Below, one piece after another: positions 19,054 through 31,100 of a stretch of 64,000 nt of DNA. The position numbers and the translations under genes were made by a program. Each line of letters begins with the position of its first letter. The first letter of the stretch is position 1. Source of the stretch: an uncultured Planctomycetota bacterium (GTDB taxonomy: Bacteria; Planctomycetota; Planctomycetia; Isosphaerales; Isosphaeraceae); NCBI GenBank assembly GCA_963823665.1, contig CAWGMQ010000008.1:1632001-1696000 (forward strand), given 5' to 3'. The notes below the pieces were generated by a model. It did not search any database and had not been told where the DNA came from. It saw nothing but the letters and a program-made list of their open reading frames with translations.

Positions 19054-19632
19054 CTATGCGAGCGCCGCTTTCGGGGCAGCCGGGCGCACGATTGCTGCGA
19101 GCGCCAGACCGGCCAGGAACCAGCCGACCGTGTGTTCGATGGCCTGGGCGATCGTGAAGTCGAGCGGGAAGCCGTACCAGTTCCAGTATGGTATGCAGAC
19201 CATCACGAAACCGAAGACGCCCATCAACGTGACGCACAGCACGCGGATGACGAACCCGGGCCTGAGCTGGGTGACGAGAAACGCGGCCAGGATGCCGCAG
19301 ACGACGTTGGTCAGAAACTGTGGCAGCAAGTACTTGGGCAAGGCTGTTTCGACGCCTTCGGGGTGGATGATCAGGAAGCCGGTCGGGCCTTTGGCGGCCT
19401 TTTCCTGCAGGAGCTTTTGCTCTTCCGCCGATCTCGATTTCATCATCGCCCGACCGGGAAGGAGGTAGATCCCGGGCTCCTTTACGGAGTCTTTGACGGC
19501 GGAGGAGACGGGCGCTTCCTGCGGGAGATTATGGATTCCGGTTTCACCAAGCGGCAGCGCCTCGTGCGCCGCGAATCCCCAGAAGAAGATGATGATTCCG
19601 GCGACCAAGCCGCCGAGCAAGATTTTAACCAT
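19054..19632 (-). CDS. Conserved hypothetical membrane protein (about 4 TM)
   Basis: MVKILLGGLVAGIIIFFWGF; PGIYLLP; YWNWYGFP motif; hydrophobic segments. Confidence 0.7.
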   Translation of the reverse strand: MVKILLGGLVAGIIIFFWGFAAHEALPLGETGIHNLPQEAPVSSAVKDSVKEPGIYLLPGRAMMKSRSAEEQKLLQEKAAKGPTGFLIIHPEGVETALPKYLLPQFLTNVVCGILAAFLVTQLRPGFVIRVLCVTLMGVFGFVMVCIPYWNWYGFPLDFTIAQAIEHTVGWFLAGLALAAIVRPAAPKAALA

Positions 19633-19729
19633 CGCTTGTTCCCCGCAGTGGACAGACGGTTGCAGCCCTGGTTTTATCACGTGACGGTCCGAGGCATCAC
19701 GCGATATACTGTACAGTCGCATCCCATCG

Positions 19730-20875
19730 TCAGCAAGGGGAGCGGTCGAGTTTGTTCATCGACTTTCGAACCGGGCGATGCGCCCGCGCCTCGCCGACCG
19801 CCCAGCCTGCCTTGGCCGTGCTGAACGCCACGGCATGGAAGCCTTCCGGGCTGAGCTTCGTCCAGTTTTCGCCGCCATCGGTCGACCGGTCGGTTCCGGT
19901 AGGGCCAACGGCCAGCAGGGTTGGTCCGGGAGAGTCCGGTACGCGGATGACGGCGGAGCGATAGCCGGTGGGTTGCGAGCCCCTGAGGACTCTCCACGTT
20001 CGCCCGCCGTCGGAAGTGAGGGCGCAGAGCTTGTCCGCCTTTTCCGGCTCCTTAAAATCGCCACCGACGGCGACGCCATGGTCCGCATCCCAGAACGCGA
20101 GCGAGAATATTCCCGCGGAGCCGTTGCCGGCGCGGATGGGGGTCTGGTGGGCCGTCCAGTGCTGGCCACGGTCGGTGGTGTGGAAGACCCGTCCGGCGCC
20201 GGTGGCGAACCAGGCGTTTTTGTCGCCCTGAACGACGAGGCAGGTACCGCTGGCGGCGAATGCACCTTCCCCGGTCAATGCGGCGGGGATGCCGTTCGGC
20301 CCAACACGTGTCCAAGTCTTGCCAGCGTCGTCGGTCTTCAGCACCACAAAACACCCGTCTACCGGGTCGCCTAACGCGAGCCCAAGGTCTGCGTGCCAGA
20401 ACGCGAGGGCGTCGAGAAAGCCCGTCGGATCGGGGTTCGTGTGTTCGAGCGCCCAGGTTGCGCCGCCGTCAGATGTCTTGTAGATCCGCGAGAGATTGCC
20501 GGCACCAATCGACAGGATATGCGCGGTGCGCGCGTCGAACGCCTCGATGTCGCGAAAATCGCTCGCTTCCGCGCCGGGGACCATTCTGCGATTCCAAGTT
20601 TCGCCGCCATCGATGGTGAGCAGGACCGTGCCGCCGCTTCCGCTGGCCCACGCGACTTTTGCACTTACAGCGCTTACTCCCCGAAGTCGAGCGGATGAGC
20701 CAGAGCCCTCGAAGACCCACTGGGCGGCCGAATTCGCATGCAAGCACTGAGCCGCGAAGAGCGCGAGCGCCCATCCCAGGGCGACGCGTGCTCTCAGCGT
20801 TTTGAGAAGAGCTGGCCGAAGTTTGCAAGGACGCGGACGAAGCCACTTGGCGGCGGCTTGGTTTCGGGCGTGCAT
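19730..20875 (-). CDS. BNR/Asp-box beta-propeller (YCF48/glycosyl hydrolase-like) secreted protein
   Basis: Repeated (T/S)xDGGxTW Asp-boxes, DFRDIEAFD, EGAFAASGT; true start uncertain; possible frameshift near 19790 (alternative end GRIARFESR at 19756). Confidence 0.8.
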   Translation of the reverse strand: MHARNQAAAKWLRPRPCKLRPALLKTLRARVALGWALALFAAQCLHANSAAQWVFEGSGSSARLRGVSAVSAKVAWASGSGGTVLLTIDGGETWNRRMVPGAEASDFRDIEAFDARTAHILSIGAGNLSRIYKTSDGGATWALEHTNPDPTGFLDALAFWHADLGLALGDPVDGCFVVLKTDDAGKTWTRVGPNGIPAALTGEGAFAASGTCLVVQGDKNAWFATGAGRVFHTTDRGQHWTAHQTPIRAGNGSAGIFSLAFWDADHGVAVGGDFKEPEKADKLCALTSDGGRTWRVLRGSQPTGYRSAVIRVPDSPGPTLLAVGPTGTDRSTDGGENWTKLSPEGFHAVAFSTAKAGWAVGEARAHRPVRKSMNKLDRSPC

Positions 20876-21087
20876 TGGCGGAAGAGATCCTCGAGAGTCC
20901 GACGGAATCGCCAGTCCAGGCTGATCGCGCTGAGCTGGTCAAACTCGGCCTTGCTCATGTAGCCATGGAAGACGAGTTTGTGCGCCTCGGCGTTATATTC
21001 TAGCCGACTGCCGAACTTGGGAGGCACTGCGAAATCGTCAGGCAGCTTCTCCAACGTGACGAAGTGATCCATGGGATCATCCATCAA
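20794..21087 (-). CDS. Small hypothetical protein
   Basis: 97-aa ORF with protein-like composition (LEYNAEAHKLVFHGYMSKAEFDQL). Confidence 0.55.
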   Translation of the reverse strand: MMDDPMDHFVTLEKLPDDFAVPPKFGSRLEYNAEAHKLVFHGYMSKAEFDQLSAISLDWRFRRTLEDLFRQCTPETKPPPSGFVRVLANFGQLFSKR

Positions 21088-22129
21088 TCTATGGGCATAC
21101 GGCGTCGCGCCGGTGCGTCCTGACCAGCGTGTCGCGACGAATGTGAGGGAGATTCATCCTCCACCCCATGTCTATTGTTACTATTCGTCGAAAGACAGCG
21201 ACAGGCGTCAGGGTTTGAATGGGTTTTGATTCTGCTGCGGCGATGCGGTGCGGAGGAGGAAGGTGGTAACGAAGAGGCGAAGGGACCGAGAGTTGATCGA
21301 CGCGGCGGTGGCGCCGGGGTTTTCATCTGCGCCGGGCCGCGTTTACGGAGTGAATTTTCTTTCCTAATCGATCTCATCGCTGGAACCCGGAAACTTTCTG
21401 GAAAACTCCAGGTCGATGGCGTCTTGAATCGGCAAAGTGGTCGCATATTGTATGTGAGCGAGTGCGCTGCGTGCTGGCGTTTTGGAGCCGGCGCGTGGCG
21501 ACATCCGCGTCATGGAGGCTCACCCGGAGATCGGAGGAATTCATTCATGACCGAGGGAAGTGTTGCAGGGGCTCGAAGCGTTCCTATTGACTTTCGCCCC
21601 GTTGGGGCGGGAACTGGCCGGGGGAGTGGCCGACAGGAGTGCCGGCCTTGCGCCGTCCGCGCCGGCGTGTGCGCACGGACTCAATTCCGATCAAGTTCAG
21701 GATTCAGAACTCGGTTGGTTTACACTAGTGTACGGATGCTGAAGGACCCCCGTAATATTGCCACTTTTTGCCATTTTTTCGACGGGTTCAACGATCGTTT
21801 CGTGTGGAGTAGCTGCGCTGCAAGTCTAATGGATATAACCAAATAGGAACAGAGCGATGGCATTCTTCGGCGATGGTAAAAGCTCGTGGCACGGGTCACC
21901 GAAAATTGCCATTACAAATCGATGGTGTTGTTCACTATGTTTTTGGCCCTTTTTTCAGTGAAGTCCAACCGAGATCCGCACCGCTACAGGTACAGGCGAG
22001 TGCGCGAGGTTTTCGCTGGATCAAGCTCCAGTTTCCACCACTCCGGACGGACGCTCGACTTTGCGCGTCGGGACGGTTGGAATGGTAAACGGCGGTGGAG
22101 CGGACTCGAGCTCAGAAAGAGGGAAACCC

Positions 22130-22951
22130 ATGACTCGACGGCACGCGGTGGCGTTTGCTTTATCGGCGGCAGTTCTGACGGCGCTGGGCTCGCGCGGAAT
22201 TGGCCAGGATGAGCCCAAGGTGGGGTTCAAGGACACCCCGATGCTGCCCGGCGGGAAGTGGCATGTGCATGACGGCGATCGGCCTCGCCCGCCGGTGATC
22301 ACGCCGGGGACGTGCAGCACTCAGCAAGAACCAGGGCAAGCGCCGTCCGACGCCGTGATCTTGTTCGACGGCAAGGACCTCTCGCACTGGCGGGGCCGGC
22401 GGGGGCAGCCGGCGGACTGGAAAGTCGAGGACGGGGCGATGGTGATCAAGTCGGGCGCGGGTGAAATCAGGTCGACGGAGGAATTCGGAGACTGCCAGCT
22501 TCATCTCGAGTTCGCGGCACCCGTGCCGGCGCGAGGCCGGGACCAGGGACGGGGCAACAGCGGGGTGATGTTCTTCGGGCGGTATGAGATCCAGGTGCTC
22601 GACAGTTTTGAGAACGTGACGTACGCCGACGGGCAGGCGGCCGCGATTTACGGGCAATATCCGCCTCTGGTCAACGCGTCGCGACCGCCGGGGCAGTGGC
22701 AGACGTATGACATCATATTCACCGCACCAAGATTCAAGCCGGACGGATCGCTGGAATCGGCGGCGTTCGTGACGATGCTGCACAACGGCGTGCTGGTGCA
22801 CAACCACGCCGCGGTTATTGGCGCCATGGCGTACCGGGCCGTCGGAAAGTACTCACCGCACGGGCCAAAGGGGCCGATCTTGCTTCAAGACCACGGTAAC
22901 CCGGTTCGGTTCCGTAACATTTGGGTTCGGGAGATACGCGAAGTGCAATAA
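22130..22951 (+). CDS. DUF1080 (3-keto-disaccharide hydrolase-like) protein with Tat-like signal
   Basis: MTRRHAV signal; LFDGKDL, GNSGV, YEIQVLDS, GQWQTYDI, LQDHGNPVRFRNIW. Confidence 0.9.
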   Translation: MTRRHAVAFALSAAVLTALGSRGIGQDEPKVGFKDTPMLPGGKWHVHDGDRPRPPVITPGTCSTQQEPGQAPSDAVILFDGKDLSHWRGRRGQPADWKVEDGAMVIKSGAGEIRSTEEFGDCQLHLEFAAPVPARGRDQGRGNSGVMFFGRYEIQVLDSFENVTYADGQAAAIYGQYPPLVNASRPPGQWQTYDIIFTAPRFKPDGSLESAAFVTMLHNGVLVHNHAAVIGAMAYRAVGKYSPHGPKGPILLQDHGNPVRFRNIWVREIREVQ

Positions 22952-23048
22952 CAGCAATCGGTTACGACAAGGCGTTTACACCGCCCGAGGACATGGGCCT
23001 GGTTCAACGGGAGCGAGGGCGAAATTACACCTTCAATGGTCCGCAGCA

Positions 23049-23113
23049 CGTAGGGTGGGTGAAACCCACCGGCCGTAGTGTTATACGGGATGATGGGTTA
23101 CACCCACCCTACG
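23049..23113. repeat. Inverted pair of GTAG-family REP elements
   Basis: CGTAGGGTGGGTGAAACCCACC ... GATGGGTTACACCCACCCTACG; a third copy at 55813-55834. Confidence 0.85.
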
Positions 23114-23408
23114 AAGAGAATGGTAGTCCCGTTGCACTCCAACCGCGTCCAGGAGTGTTACGTGCGTTTGAACCAGGCCGACACATGGAAAGAAACGTGC
23201 GTGCGAGTCCGGAGTTCCTCGCACTGACGCTTAACATCATAGAGAGCACGACCTCAGGGCGGCCAATCACCGGATTGCAATTTTTGTTTAACCGAATCGC
23301 CCTTCCTGATAGATTATTGAGTTGTCGCCACTTTTTCGAACGACGACCCACCCCGCAAGAGTCCCTCCGTTTTTCGGTCAGGCCAAATTGAAAAGTTGGG
23401 CAATAGCC

Positions 23409-25850
23409 ATGCGTGATCGGGCGCGCCGCCGCGGTACGTGCCACGGCGTCTGTGCACTGCTCGCGACCCTCGCACTTTGCGGGAGCGCGGCGGCGGGTGA
23501 TGGAAGCGCTGCCATTGCCCGATTCGAGGAGACGGTCCAGCCCATCCTCATCGACTACTGCTACCGCTGCCACGCCGACGGCATGAAGAAAGGCGATCTT
23601 GCGTTCGATCAATCACAGATCGGCGACCTCGTCAAGAAACGAGACTTGTGGCTGGCGGTGCTCAAGAACGTGCGCTCGGGACTGATGCCGCCGGCAGGTA
23701 AGCCACGGCCGAGCGAAGCGGAGGTTCAGCAGCTCGCGCAGTGGATCAAGTCCGACGTGTTCGAGATCGACCCTGCCAACCCGGACCCGGGCCGAGGCAC
23801 GATCCGGCGTCTCAATCGCGCTGAATACCGCAACACCATCCGCGATCTGACGGGATATGACTTCAAAGTCGAGGAAGAATTCCCGCCAGATGACTCGGGC
23901 TACGGGTTTGATAATATCGCCGACGTCCTCTCGGTTTCGCCGCTGCTGCTGGAGAAGTACATCCAGGCGGCGGAGTCGATCGTCGCAGCCGCCGTTCCGA
24001 CCGTCTCGCGACTGATTCCGGAACGGAGCTACCGCGGAACCGAGTTTCGCGCTGTGGAAGGACCGGGCAACGGCGATCGGATGAGCGTCTACAACAAAGC
24101 AAAAGTCAGGCGGATGATCATCGCCGACATCGACGGAGACTACCGTCTGGCGATGGAAGTTGCAGTACATGGCTCGTTCGTTTATGACCCCGGCCGGTGC
24201 AGGATGGTTGCGCGGCTCGACGAGAAAGAGCTGGTCCGCGACACCTACGCGTGGCAGGACGGCAAGGTTTATCGTTATTCGTTCACCGAACCGCTCAAGG
24301 CCGGCGACCATCACGTGAGTTTCGAGATCGAGCCGCTTGCGGACCCGCAGGTGCAAAAAAAGGCGTCGAACACGTCTGTTGATGTCCGAATCGTCTCGGT
24401 GAAGTTTCAAGGCCCGCTTGATCCGAAGCACTGGTCGCACCCGAAGAACTACGATCGGTTCTTTGCGAAAGAAGAGCCCCCGCAAGGGGAAGCCGAGCGG
24501 CGTGCGTATGCCCGGGAAGTTTTGTCCCGGTTTGCGACGCAAGCGTTCCGCCGCCCGGTGGATCCGGAGGCACTCGAGAAGCTCGTCGCGATGGCGGAGA
24601 AGATCTACCGCCTGCCCGGCCAGCGGTTTGAACAGGGCGTGGCGCGGGCGATGGTCGCCGTGCTCGCGTCGCCGCGATTTGTCTTCCGGGTCGAGGCAAG
24701 CGGGCCAGACGCGAACGCGGCGGGCCAGAAATACCTGCCGGTCGATGAATACACGCTCGCTTCTCGGCTCTCCTACTTCCTCTGGTCGACAATGCCGGAT
24801 GCCGAGCTTTTTCGCGCGGCCGAGCGCGGCGAGCTCAGGAAGAATCTGGCGGCCCAGATCAAACGCATGCTGGACGACCCGCGCAGCGAGGCGCTCTATC
24901 GCAATTTCGTCGGGCAGTGGCTCCAGGTTCGTGATGTGGACGGGTTTACCATCAACACCCGCGTCGTCCTGAGGCAGGAGGGAAGCAGGGCGAGGATCGA
25001 GCTCGACGGCCAGACCCGCCGCGCGATGCGCAACGAGACCGAGATGGTATTCGCCCACATTGCGCGTGAAGATCGCAGCGTGCTCGAACTGATCGATAGC
25101 GATTACACCTTCTTGAACGCCAAACTGGCCGAGCTTTATGGGATCAAGGGCGTGAGCGGGAGCCAGATGCAGAAAGTGACGTTGCCGAAAGACAGCCCGC
25201 GCGGGGGGGTACTGACCCATGCGTCGGTGCTGCTGGTGACATCGAACCCGACCCGAACGTCGCCGGTGAAGCGCGGCCAGTTCATCCTGGAGAACTTGCT
25301 GGGGACGCCCGCACCGCCGCCGCCGGCCGTCGTTCCGCCGCTGGAGGATGCCAAGAAGGAATTCAAGGATCGAGAGCCGACCGGCCGCGAGCTACTGGCG
25401 CTGCATCGCGCGCAGCCTTTGTGCGCGTCGTGCCACGCGCGGATGGACCCGATGGGGCTCGCGCTTGAGAATTTCAACGCAATGGGTCTCTGGCGTGATA
25501 AGGAGCGCGGGCAGCCGATTGATTCGACCGGGAAGCTCCTGAGCGGTGAATCGTTCCGCGACGCGAGAGAGCTCAAGCGCATTCTGAAGGAGGGGCACAA
25601 GGCCGATTTCTATCGCTGCATCTCTGAAAAACTCCTGACTTATGCCCTGGGACGCGGACTGGATTATAATGACGTCGAGGCCGTGGACCGAATTGTGGAG
25701 CGGTTGAATGGTGCAGGAGGGCGGTTTTCCGCCTTGCTCGTGGGAGTGATCGAATCGACACCGTTTCAAAAGCGGCGGAGCGTTTCCACCGTGAGCACCG
25801 CATCGAGCGGGTCTCGAGAACTCAGTCAACAGGCACGGTCAAAGCCATGA
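23409..25850 (+). CDS. Planctomycete cytochrome c / DUF1587-1595-1592-1588-1585 domain protein
   Basis: CYRCH, RRLNRAEYRNTIRDL, GFDN, LASRLSYFLWSTMPD, TSPVKRG, CASCH, YALGRGL. Confidence 0.92.
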   Translation: MRDRARRRGTCHGVCALLATLALCGSAAAGDGSAAIARFEETVQPILIDYCYRCHADGMKKGDLAFDQSQIGDLVKKRDLWLAVLKNVRSGLMPPAGKPRPSEAEVQQLAQWIKSDVFEIDPANPDPGRGTIRRLNRAEYRNTIRDLTGYDFKVEEEFPPDDSGYGFDNIADVLSVSPLLLEKYIQAAESIVAAAVPTVSRLIPERSYRGTEFRAVEGPGNGDRMSVYNKAKVRRMIIADIDGDYRLAMEVAVHGSFVYDPGRCRMVARLDEKELVRDTYAWQDGKVYRYSFTEPLKAGDHHVSFEIEPLADPQVQKKASNTSVDVRIVSVKFQGPLDPKHWSHPKNYDRFFAKEEPPQGEAERRAYAREVLSRFATQAFRRPVDPEALEKLVAMAEKIYRLPGQRFEQGVARAMVAVLASPRFVFRVEASGPDANAAGQKYLPVDEYTLASRLSYFLWSTMPDAELFRAAERGELRKNLAAQIKRMLDDPRSEALYRNFVGQWLQVRDVDGFTINTRVVLRQEGSRARIELDGQTRRAMRNETEMVFAHIAREDRSVLELIDSDYTFLNAKLAELYGIKGVSGSQMQKVTLPKDSPRGGVLTHASVLLVTSNPTRTSPVKRGQFILENLLGTPAPPPPAVVPPLEDAKKEFKDREPTGRELLALHRAQPLCASCHARMDPMGLALENFNAMGLWRDKERGQPIDSTGKLLSGESFRDARELKRILKEGHKADFYRCISEKLLTYALGRGLDYNDVEAVDRIVERLNGAGGRFSALLVGVIESTPFQKRRSVSTVSTASSGSRELSQQARSKP

Positions 25851-27253
25851 ACCAAGTCCATTCGCGAAAAGAAATGGCGGGAGCCGCAACCGCGAGCGAG
25901 TCGAGCCGTCGTGCATTCCTGCGAGGCGCGGGGGTGGCGCTGGCCCTTCCCGCGCTCGAATCGATGCTGCCCGCCGGCGTGGCTGCTGCCACGAAAGATG
26001 CGAGCAAACTGGCGGTGACGGCGACGGGGGCTCCGCTGCGGATGGCGTATGTCTACGTGCCCAACGGGGTGCACCAGAGCTACTGGTGGCCCAAGACGGA
26101 AGGCAAGGATTTCGAGCTGACCAAGACGCTCCAGCCGCTGGAGAAAGTCAAACAGCATATCCAGATCCTGGGCGGCCTCGATCAAATCAATGCGACCGCC
26201 GGACCTGACGGGCCTGGAGATCACGCCCGAGCCAGCGGCTCGTTTCTCACGGGTGTGCGGGTGAAGAAGACGGCCGGTGCCGACATTCATGCGGGCATTT
26301 CGGTCGACCAGTTGGCCGCGCAGCGAATCGGTCACTTGACACGATTTCCATCGCTCGAGCTCACGTGTGACGCGGTGCGGAAATCCGGGTCGTGTGATTC
26401 GGGCTACTCGTGCGCCTACCAGTACAATCTGTCGTGGAGCGGACCGACCCTGCCGGTCGCGCCTGAGCCAAACCCGCGGCTCGTGTTCGAGCGGCTCTTC
26501 GGAGCCGGTGCTCCGGCCGAGCGGCGCAAGAACCTGGCGCTGCGCCGGGAGCAGCAGCGGTCGATTCTGGACTTCGTGCTCGAAGACACGCGCAAGCTCG
26601 AGAAAGAGCTCGGCGGCGGCGACCAGCAGAAGCTCGATGAGTACCTGGCGGGCGTGCGCGAAATCGAGCGGCGGATCCAGGAGGCCGAAAAGTTCAAGGA
26701 AACGCCAAATCCCAACGTTGAAACGCCGACGGGAGTTCCGGGCAGCTTTCCCGAGCACATCGGGCTCATGTTCGACATGATGGTCCTGGCATTCCAGACC
26801 GACTCGACCCGCGTTGCCACATTCTTGCTGGCGAACGAAGGGAGCAACCGGACATTCCCGGAAATAGGAATCTCGGAGGGCCATCACAACTTGTCGCATC
26901 ACTTCGGCAAGAAAGACATGATGGAGAAAATCGGCTCGATCGACCTCTGGTATGTGCAGCAACTGGCGAAGTTCCTCGAGAAGCTCGAGTCGATCAAAGA
27001 TGTCGATGGGCATTCAATCCTGCACAATTCCATGATCATCTACGGCAGCGGAAACTCCGACGGCAATCGGCACACGCATTCGAACCTGCCCATCATCCTG
27101 GCCGGAAAGGGTGGCGGAGACTTGACCGCCGGCCGCTACTGCAAATTCAAACCCAAGCCACTCAATAACCTCTACCTCAATATGCTTGACCGCATGGGCG
27201 TCGACGGCGTCCCTCGACTTGGTGATTCCACGGGCCGACTCGAAGGGGTTTGA
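25847..27253 (+). CDS. DUF1552 domain protein
   Basis: SRRAFLRGAGVALALPALESM, YVPNG, SVDQLAA, GYSCAY, FQTDSTRVAT, HNLSHH; usual partner of DUF1592 proteins. Confidence 0.92.
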   Translation: MNQVHSRKEMAGAATASESSRRAFLRGAGVALALPALESMLPAGVAAATKDASKLAVTATGAPLRMAYVYVPNGVHQSYWWPKTEGKDFELTKTLQPLEKVKQHIQILGGLDQINATAGPDGPGDHARASGSFLTGVRVKKTAGADIHAGISVDQLAAQRIGHLTRFPSLELTCDAVRKSGSCDSGYSCAYQYNLSWSGPTLPVAPEPNPRLVFERLFGAGAPAERRKNLALRREQQRSILDFVLEDTRKLEKELGGGDQQKLDEYLAGVREIERRIQEAEKFKETPNPNVETPTGVPGSFPEHIGLMFDMMVLAFQTDSTRVATFLLANEGSNRTFPEIGISEGHHNLSHHFGKKDMMEKIGSIDLWYVQQLAKFLEKLESIKDVDGHSILHNSMIIYGSGNSDGNRHTHSNLPIILAGKGGGDLTAGRYCKFKPKPLNNLYLNMLDRMGVDGVPRLGDSTGRLEGV

Positions 27254-27512
27254 CGCGTCCGATCGGACGTTCGATTCCTTCCTTTCAGCGCACCGGCAAG
27301 CGCGCGACGGTGGTCGTTCCCTGCGCCCCCGGCGTGAGATTCACACAAATCGCGACCATGGAAATGTGCGAACTGTTTGGCGATTTCGACCAAAACAATC
27401 CGGGGAAATTCCCCAGCCGGGTGTTGAAAGCGGCGTCATTCGTGCTCATTCTATGGCGTGGATTGCCTCGGCGCGTGACAGGCGGATTCTGGTTCCAGCG
27501 CGAGCCGATTGA

Positions 27513-28174
27513 ATGCCGCAGATTTTTCATCCGAGTGCCAACACGTTGTCGCGGCTGACGATTTTCGGCGCCGTCGGGATCGTGCTCGGCCTCTTGCTCT
27601 TGAGCTACCTGATTCTTCAGTCTCCGTATCAAACCCAGGTGCGCGTGGTTCGGCCTCAGCCGGTGCCTTTCTCGCACGAGCACCATGTCAGCGGCCTGGG
27701 AATCGACTGCCGCTACTGCCACACTTCGGTCGAGACCTCGTCGTTTGCGGGTCTGCCGCCCACCCATACGTGCATGTCGTGCCACTCGCAGATCTGGGCG
27801 GCGAGCCCGATGCTCGAGCCGGTGCGCGACCAGCCTGGCTCAGAACAAACCGCTGGAATGGACGAGGGTCCACGATCTTCCGGACTTCGTCTATTTCAAC
27901 CACGCGATTCATGTTCAGAAGGGGGTGGGTTGCGTGTCGTGCCACGGGCGCGTGGACAAGATGCCCATGACGTGGAAGGAGGAGCCGATGACGATGAGCT
28001 GGTGTCTGGATTGTCACCGCCATCCGGAGCGGCATCTGCGGGAAAAGAGTGAGGTGCTCGTGATGGACCTGCGCTCTCACCTCGGCGCAGCAAACCAAGA
28101 GAGGGCGAGAACTCGTCAAGCGAAACCATGTCGAAGTCGATCGACTGACCAACTGTTCGGTGTGCCACCGATGA
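27513..28174 (+). CDS. actA: Alternative complex III pentaheme cytochrome c (frameshifted as assembled)
   Basis: QPVPFSHEHH; hemes CRYCH, CMSCH, CVSCH, CLDCH, CSVCH across frames; shifts near 27830 and 28080-28105. Confidence 0.85.
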
Positions 28175-31100
28175 AACAGCTACCCGAATTGACTGTGCTC
28201 GACAACGTGCCGCCCGATCGGAGGCTCGAGCCTGCGCTCGGCGGTGCGATCGCCGGTTGTGTGGAGGAGCCTCGAAGAGCTAGCCGGGGTCGCACAGGAG
28301 GAGGAGGTCTCGAGCGCCCTATTTCTGGCGAGGGTGGAAGGAATCGCTGACCGGGCCCAACCGGCGAGATTTCCTGAAGGTTTCGGCTGCGTCACTGGCG
28401 CTGGCCGGTCTTTCGGGGTGTGCCTATCAGCCGGCCGAATCGATCGTTCCGTACGTGCAGGCCCCCGAGGAGATCGTTCCCGGCCGGCCGCTTTTTTTTG
28501 CTTCGGCGGTGCCGATCGACGGATTCGCCTGCGGCGTGCTGGTCAAGAGTGAGATGGGCAGGCCGATCAAGATCGAAGGCAACCCTGCGCATCCGGCGAG
28601 CCTGGGAGCGACGGATATCTTCGGGCAGGCTGCGCTCCTGGGGCTTTACGACCCTGATCGGTCTCAACTGATCACGCGCGGCGGTCGGATCGAGATCCTG
28701 GGAACATTTCCAGAGCCTGGTGCTCGATACTCGGGAATCGCTGCGCTCGAAGAAAGGCTCGGGTTTACGAATCCTGACGCAGACCGTGGCCTCGCCGACT
28801 CTGGCCGATCAGCTTCACCGGCTGCTCGAGCAGTTTCCCGAAGCCAGGTGGCACGCGTACGAGAGCGTGTCGCGCGATGCAATTCGTGCGGGCACGCGAC
28901 TGGCATTCGGGGACGAGCTCGAGCCGGTGCATCATTTTGAGAAGGCGGACGTCATTGTGTCGCTCGAATCCGACTTCCTCGCGTGGGGACCGGCGCGGCT
29001 CAAGGATGCGCGCGCGTTCGCCGCGCGGCGGAACGCCATCGACGTCGGCACGGCCGGCTCGATGAACCGGCTGTACGTCGTCGAATCCACGCCGAGCTTG
29101 ACCGGCGCCGCGGCCGATCACCGGCTGGCGATAGCCTCGCGGGACGTGGCGAAGGCTGGCGAGTGCGGTTGCCGATGCGATCGAGCAAGGGAACGCGGGC
29201 GGGCCCGCAAATGGCGACCTTCCCAAGGGACTGTCTACGCATTCCGGCTGGATCACGGCCGTCGTGCGCGATCTGACTGCGAACCGCGGCAAGAGCCTGG
29301 TCATCGCGGGCGACAGTCAGCCGGCGTGGGTTCATGCGCTGGCCCACTTCATGAATCAGGCGCTGGGCAATATCGGCAAGACCGTGGAGTTATTTCCCGC
29401 GGGCAGACGTTGGGCCGGCGGACCAGATCGGCTCGATTGGCGAGCTAGTCCGCGACACCCTAGCCGGCCGGGTCGAGACGCTCTTCATCCTCGGCGGCAA
29501 CCCCGCGTATGATGCACCGGCGGATCTGGATTTTGCCCGGGTGCTGGCATCGGAACGGACGAAGCTGCGCATCCACCTGGGGCAATACGACGATGAGACG
29601 GCACGGCTCTGCCACTGGCACATCCCTCAAGGGCACTTTCTGGAGACATGGAGCGACCTGCGAGCGTTTGATGGCACGGTTACGATTCAACAACCGCTTA
29701 TCGCTCCTCTGTACGAAGGGAGATCGGCGCACGAGCTACTGGCGCTCTTAATGGGGCAGCCCGAGCTTTCGGGACTCGAGATCGTGCGCGACTACTGGAA
29801 ACGACAGGGATTGGGCGGTGAATTTGAAGGGAAGTGGCGAGAGGCGCTCGAGGCGGGTCTGATCAAGGGGACGACCGCGGAGCCGAAATCCGTGGGTGCG
29901 GCCAAGAGGCCGCCGAAACCGTCTTCGGATCCGGACGACGAAACGGGAAACCTGGAAATCGTCTTCCGGCCCGACCCGACGATCTGGGACGGGCGGTACG
30001 CCAATAGCGGTTGGCTTCAGGAATTGCCCAAGCCGCTTGCGAAGCTCTCGTGGGACAACGCAGCACTTCTGAGCCCGGCGACCGCGCGTAGACTCGGGGT
30101 GACAAACGAAGATGTGCTGGAGCTCGACTATCGCGGCCGCTCGACGAGAATGCCGGCCTGGATCATGCCGGGGCAGGCCGATCAATCGATCACTGTCTTT
30201 CTGGGGCATGGACGTCGCCGGGCGGGAAGGGTCGGGACGGGCGTGGGTGTCGATGTGTCTGCGATGCGCCATTCAGACGCGCCATGGTTCGGCAGCGGCC
30301 TCGAAGTCAGGAAAACCGGGGAGCGCCGGCGGCTGGCCGCAATGCATCATCACTTCAACATGGAAGGAAGGGATTTGATCCGCACGGGGACGCTGGAGGA
30401 GTATCGTCGTGAGCCACGCTTATTCCAGCGCGCAGAGCACGAAGCGAATCGCGGCCAGAGCTTGATCGATGAGCCAAAGCCACAGGCGGAGCATGAAAAA
30501 GGGGAGGGAAACGCCTGGGGGATGGTGATTGATTTGAACACGTGCATCGGGTGCGCGGCTTGCGTGGTGGCCTGCCAGGCCGAGAACAACATTCCGGTTG
30601 TGGGCCGCGAGCAGGTTCTGGCGTCGCGCGAGATGCACTGGCTGCGTATCGATCGTTATTTTGAAGGCGAAGACGCGGCCAACCCCAAGGTCGATTTTCA
30701 GCCCGTTCCGTGCATGCATTGCGAGAAGGCTCCGTGCGAGGTTGTCTGCCCCACGGGGGCGACAACGCACAGCGCGGAAGGGCTCAACGAGATGACGTAC
30801 AACCGCTGCGTGGGCACGCGCTACTGCTCGAACAACTGCCCGTACAAGGTGCGGCGGTTCAACTTCCTGCATTATGTAGACGACGAGAGCCCAACGCTCA
30901 AGCTGATGCGAAACCCGGACGTGACCGTGAGGTCGCGCGGGGTGATGGAAAAGTGCACGTACTGCGTGCAGCGGATCAACGCGGCCAGGATTGCGGCGAT
31001 GATCGAGAACCGGGCCGTCGGCGGTGACGAGGTGGTGACGGCGTGTCAGGCGGCATGCCCGGCCAGTGCGATCACGTTCGGCAATCTCAACGATCCGCAA

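Noticed and set aside
19700..19730. Sixth copy of the ECF promoter (GGGATGC...CAGTA on the minus strand)
   Set aside because: Spacer is 7 nt, not 17.
21364..21513. 49-aa minus-strand ORF (MTRMSPR...LPIQDAIDLEFSRKFPGSSDEID) in the 1-kb intergenic region
   Set aside because: No clear RBS or recognisable motif; cannot be supported without a homology search. No riboswitch consensus was recognised in 21088-22129 either.
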